In this document: positions 62,416 through 64,000 of the stretch, one piece after another
Layout: each line of letters starts with the position of its first letter
How positions within the stretch are numbered: position 1 is the stretch's first letter
Origin: Tagaea sp.
Lineage (GTDB): Bacteria; Pseudomonadota; Alphaproteobacteria; CACIAM-22H2
Assembly (NCBI GenBank): GCA_965279525.1
Contig: CBDIIB010000005.1
Span: 1,407,018-1,471,017, forward strand
Length of the DNA stretch: 64,000 bases
Direction of reading: 5' to 3'
Program-made: the position numbers and the translations under genes
Notes under the pieces: model-generated
Database searches by the model: none
Told to the model about the DNA's origin: nothing
The model's input: only the letters and a program-made list of their open reading frames with translations

Positions 62416-63359
62416 TGGCGGGCGAAGCGAAGAAGGGCCGCAAGGTCATCATCACCTGTGCGGTCACGGGGGCCATCCACACGCCATCGATGTCGCCCTA
62501 TCTGCCGGTGACGCCGCAGGAGATCGCGGAGGCGGCACTGGGCGCGGTCGAGGCGGGGGCGGCGATCGTCCATCTGCACGCGCGCGATCCCAAGACCGGC
62601 AAGCCCGACCAGTCGCCCGAGGCGTTCGCCCCCTTCCTCAAGGTCATCAAGCAGTCGTCGAACTGCGTGGTGAACCTGACGACCGGCGGCTCGCCGACGA
62701 TGCTGGTGGAAGAGCGGCTGAAGCCGGCGGCCACGTTCAGGCCGGAAGTCGCCTCGCTCAACATGGGCACGATGAACTTCGCACTGTTTCCCATGCTGGA
62801 GCGCTTCAAGGACCTGAAGCACGACTGGGAGCGCCCCTATCTGGAAGGCTCGCGCACCGGCTTCTTCAAGAACACGTTCGCGGACATCGAGCTCATCCTG
62901 CGCACCTGCGCGGACAACGGCACGCGCTTCGAGATCGAGTGCTACGACATCGGGCATCTCTACACGCTGGCGCACTTCGTCGAGAAGGGCCTGGTGAAGC
63001 CGCCGTTCTTCGTGCAGTCGGTGTTCGGCATCCTGGGCGGCATCGGCACGCATCCCGAGGACGTGCTGCACATGAAGCGCACCGCCGACCGGCTGTTCGG
63101 CGATGCCTATCGCTGGTCTGTGCTGGGGGCCGGGCGCCACCAGTTGGCAATCGCCGCACAGGCCGCCGCGATGGGCGGCAACGTGCGCGTCGGCCTCGAG
63201 GACTCGCTGTGGATCGGCCCGGGCCAGCTTGCGAAAACCAACGCCGAGCAGGTGACGCGCGTGCGCGGAATCATCGAGGGGCTGGGCCTGTCGGTCGCGA
63301 CGCCCGACGAGGCCCGCGAGATCCTCGCCCTCAAGGGCGGCGACAAGGTGGGGTTCTGA
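62412..63359 (+). CDS. 3-keto-5-aminohexanoate cleavage enzyme family (BKACE / DUF849)
   Basis: VIITCAVTGAIHTPSMSPYLPVTPQEIAEAALGAVEAGAAIVHLHARD is a canonical BKACE TIM-barrel N-terminus. Coordinates follow the ORF track. Confidence 0.8.
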   Translation: MMAGEAKKGRKVIITCAVTGAIHTPSMSPYLPVTPQEIAEAALGAVEAGAAIVHLHARDPKTGKPDQSPEAFAPFLKVIKQSSNCVVNLTTGGSPTMLVEERLKPAATFRPEVASLNMGTMNFALFPMLERFKDLKHDWERPYLEGSRTGFFKNTFADIELILRTCADNGTRFEIECYDIGHLYTLAHFVEKGLVKPPFFVQSVFGILGGIGTHPEDVLHMKRTADRLFGDAYRWSVLGAGRHQLAIAAQAAAMGGNVRVGLEDSLWIGPGQLAKTNAEQVTRVRGIIEGLGLSVATPDEAREILALKGGDKVGF

Positions 63360-63361
63360 CG

Positions 63362-64000
63362 ATGGCCGAGTTCCGCCCGTCCGCGCGCGTGGCGTGCGTG
63401 CAGTACGGCCAGGGTGCCATCGACAGCTACGAGGCGTTCGAGGAGAAGCTCGGCTATTTCGTGCGCGTGGCGGCAAGCTACCGCGCCGATTTCGTCGTGT
63501 TCCCCGAGATGTTCACGCTGCAGCTTTTGACCGTGAAGCATCGCGGCGTGCCGCCCGCACAGGTCGTCGCGGGCCTCGACGCCTACACCGCGCGTTTCAA
63601 GACGAGCCTTGCCACGCTTGCCAAGCGCCACAAGATCCATATCTGCGGCGGCTCGCACTTCCTGCGCGACGAGAAGGGCGTGCCCCGCAACGTGTCGTTC
63701 CTCGCGATGCCCGACGGCAATCTCCACGCACAAGCCAAGATCCACGCCACGCCGAGCGAGCGCGAGACCTGGGGCATCGTCGGCGGCGACACGGCGATGC
63801 CGGTGATGACCGCGTTCGGCCCGGTCGCCGTCACGGTCTGCTACGACGTCGAGTTCCCCGAGCTGCAGCGCCATCTGGTCGACGAGGGCGCACGGCTGAT
63901 CCTCGTGCCGTTCTGCACCGACGATCGTCGCGGCTACATGCGCGTGCGCCACTGTGCGCAGGCGCGCGCGGTCGAGAACCAGTGCTATCTGGCGCTGGCC
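63362..64000 (+). CDS. Carbon-nitrogen hydrolase (nitrilase superfamily), 3'-partial
   Basis: The catalytic Glu is in FPEMF and the Cys is in VTVCYDVEFPE. The gene runs off the window end. Confidence 0.75.
   Translation, partial: MAEFRPSARVACVQYGQGAIDSYEAFEEKLGYFVRVAASYRADFVVFPEMFTLQLLTVKHRGVPPAQVVAGLDAYTARFKTSLATLAKRHKIHICGGSHFLRDEKGVPRNVSFLAMPDGNLHAQAKIHATPSERETWGIVGGDTAMPVMTAFGPVAVTVCYDVEFPELQRHLVDEGARLILVPFCTDDRRGYMRVRHCAQARAVENQCYLALA

Noticed and set aside
62395-62420. An apparent 1-nt frame inconsistency between the printed sequence and the ORF-track translations at the ttuC/BKACE junction (my reading has an extra G near 62400).
   Set aside because: This is most likely my transcription error. 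The ORF-track coordinates are internally consistent at both ends (62376 and 63359), so it was not reported as a frameshift or pseudogene.

Overview
This is a high-GC (about 65-68%) chromosomal segment with alphaproteobacterial, Sphingomonadaceae-like gene content, densely coded on both strands. Many neighbouring genes share 4-nt ATGA or GTGA stop/start overlaps. From 5' to 3' the window holds: (1) a partial MCP, a rhodanese-domain protein, tRNA-Ser(CGA) and a flippase-like membrane protein; (2) the conserved rplU-rpmA / obg-proB-proA-nadD-rsfS-rlmH housekeeping block; (3) a large nucleotide-sugar precursor island, about 8.6-26.8 kb, detailed next; (4) a citramalyl/HMG-CoA lyase plus family III CoA transferase next to a DctPQM TRAP transporter and an orphan TAXI receptor; (5) GST, M17 aminopeptidase, an RcnB-like protein, a 329-aa conserved hypothetical, and a 2-hydroxyacid dehydrogenase coupled to a YejABEF peptide ABC importer; (6) an SDR and a HisN-like IMPase, then a sharply AT-rich island of about 1.6 kb (45975-47583) encoding a single orphan 454-aa three-TM protein; (7) hbd-etfAB, a PduO-type adenosyltransferase, a signal-peptide barnase with its barstar immunity gene, and an acyl-CoA dehydrogenase; (8) NUDIX, PhyH, gluQ, esterase, HNH endonuclease, alginate-lyase-family protein, coq7-dsbB, tRNA-Leu(CAA), a PAS-like protein, tartrate dehydrogenase, a BKACE enzyme and a partial nitrilase-family gene. 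The sugar island contains a TPP-dependent E1 alpha/beta pair translationally coupled to a DegT-family sugar 3-dehydrase that has His in place of the PLP-binding Lys. It also contains rfbCABD (dTDP-L-rhamnose), rfbF (CDP-glucose), a WbpM/CapD-like dehydratase, a UDP-sugar dehydrogenase, a second aminotransferase that retains the Lys, and AKR/SMP-30/FAH/ABM/SnoaL/GNAT tailoring or catabolic genes. It has no glycosyltransferases or Wzx/Wzy. The two best candidates for undescribed biology are the E1alpha/beta + 3-dehydrase + rfbF branched-chain deoxysugar module and the low-GC orphan membrane-protein island. No CRISPR arrays, rRNA, transposases or integrases were recognised. All calls come from reading motifs in the ORF translations without any database search. 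A possible 1-nt discrepancy between my reading of the printed sequence and the ORF track near 62400 means coordinates there follow the ORF track.
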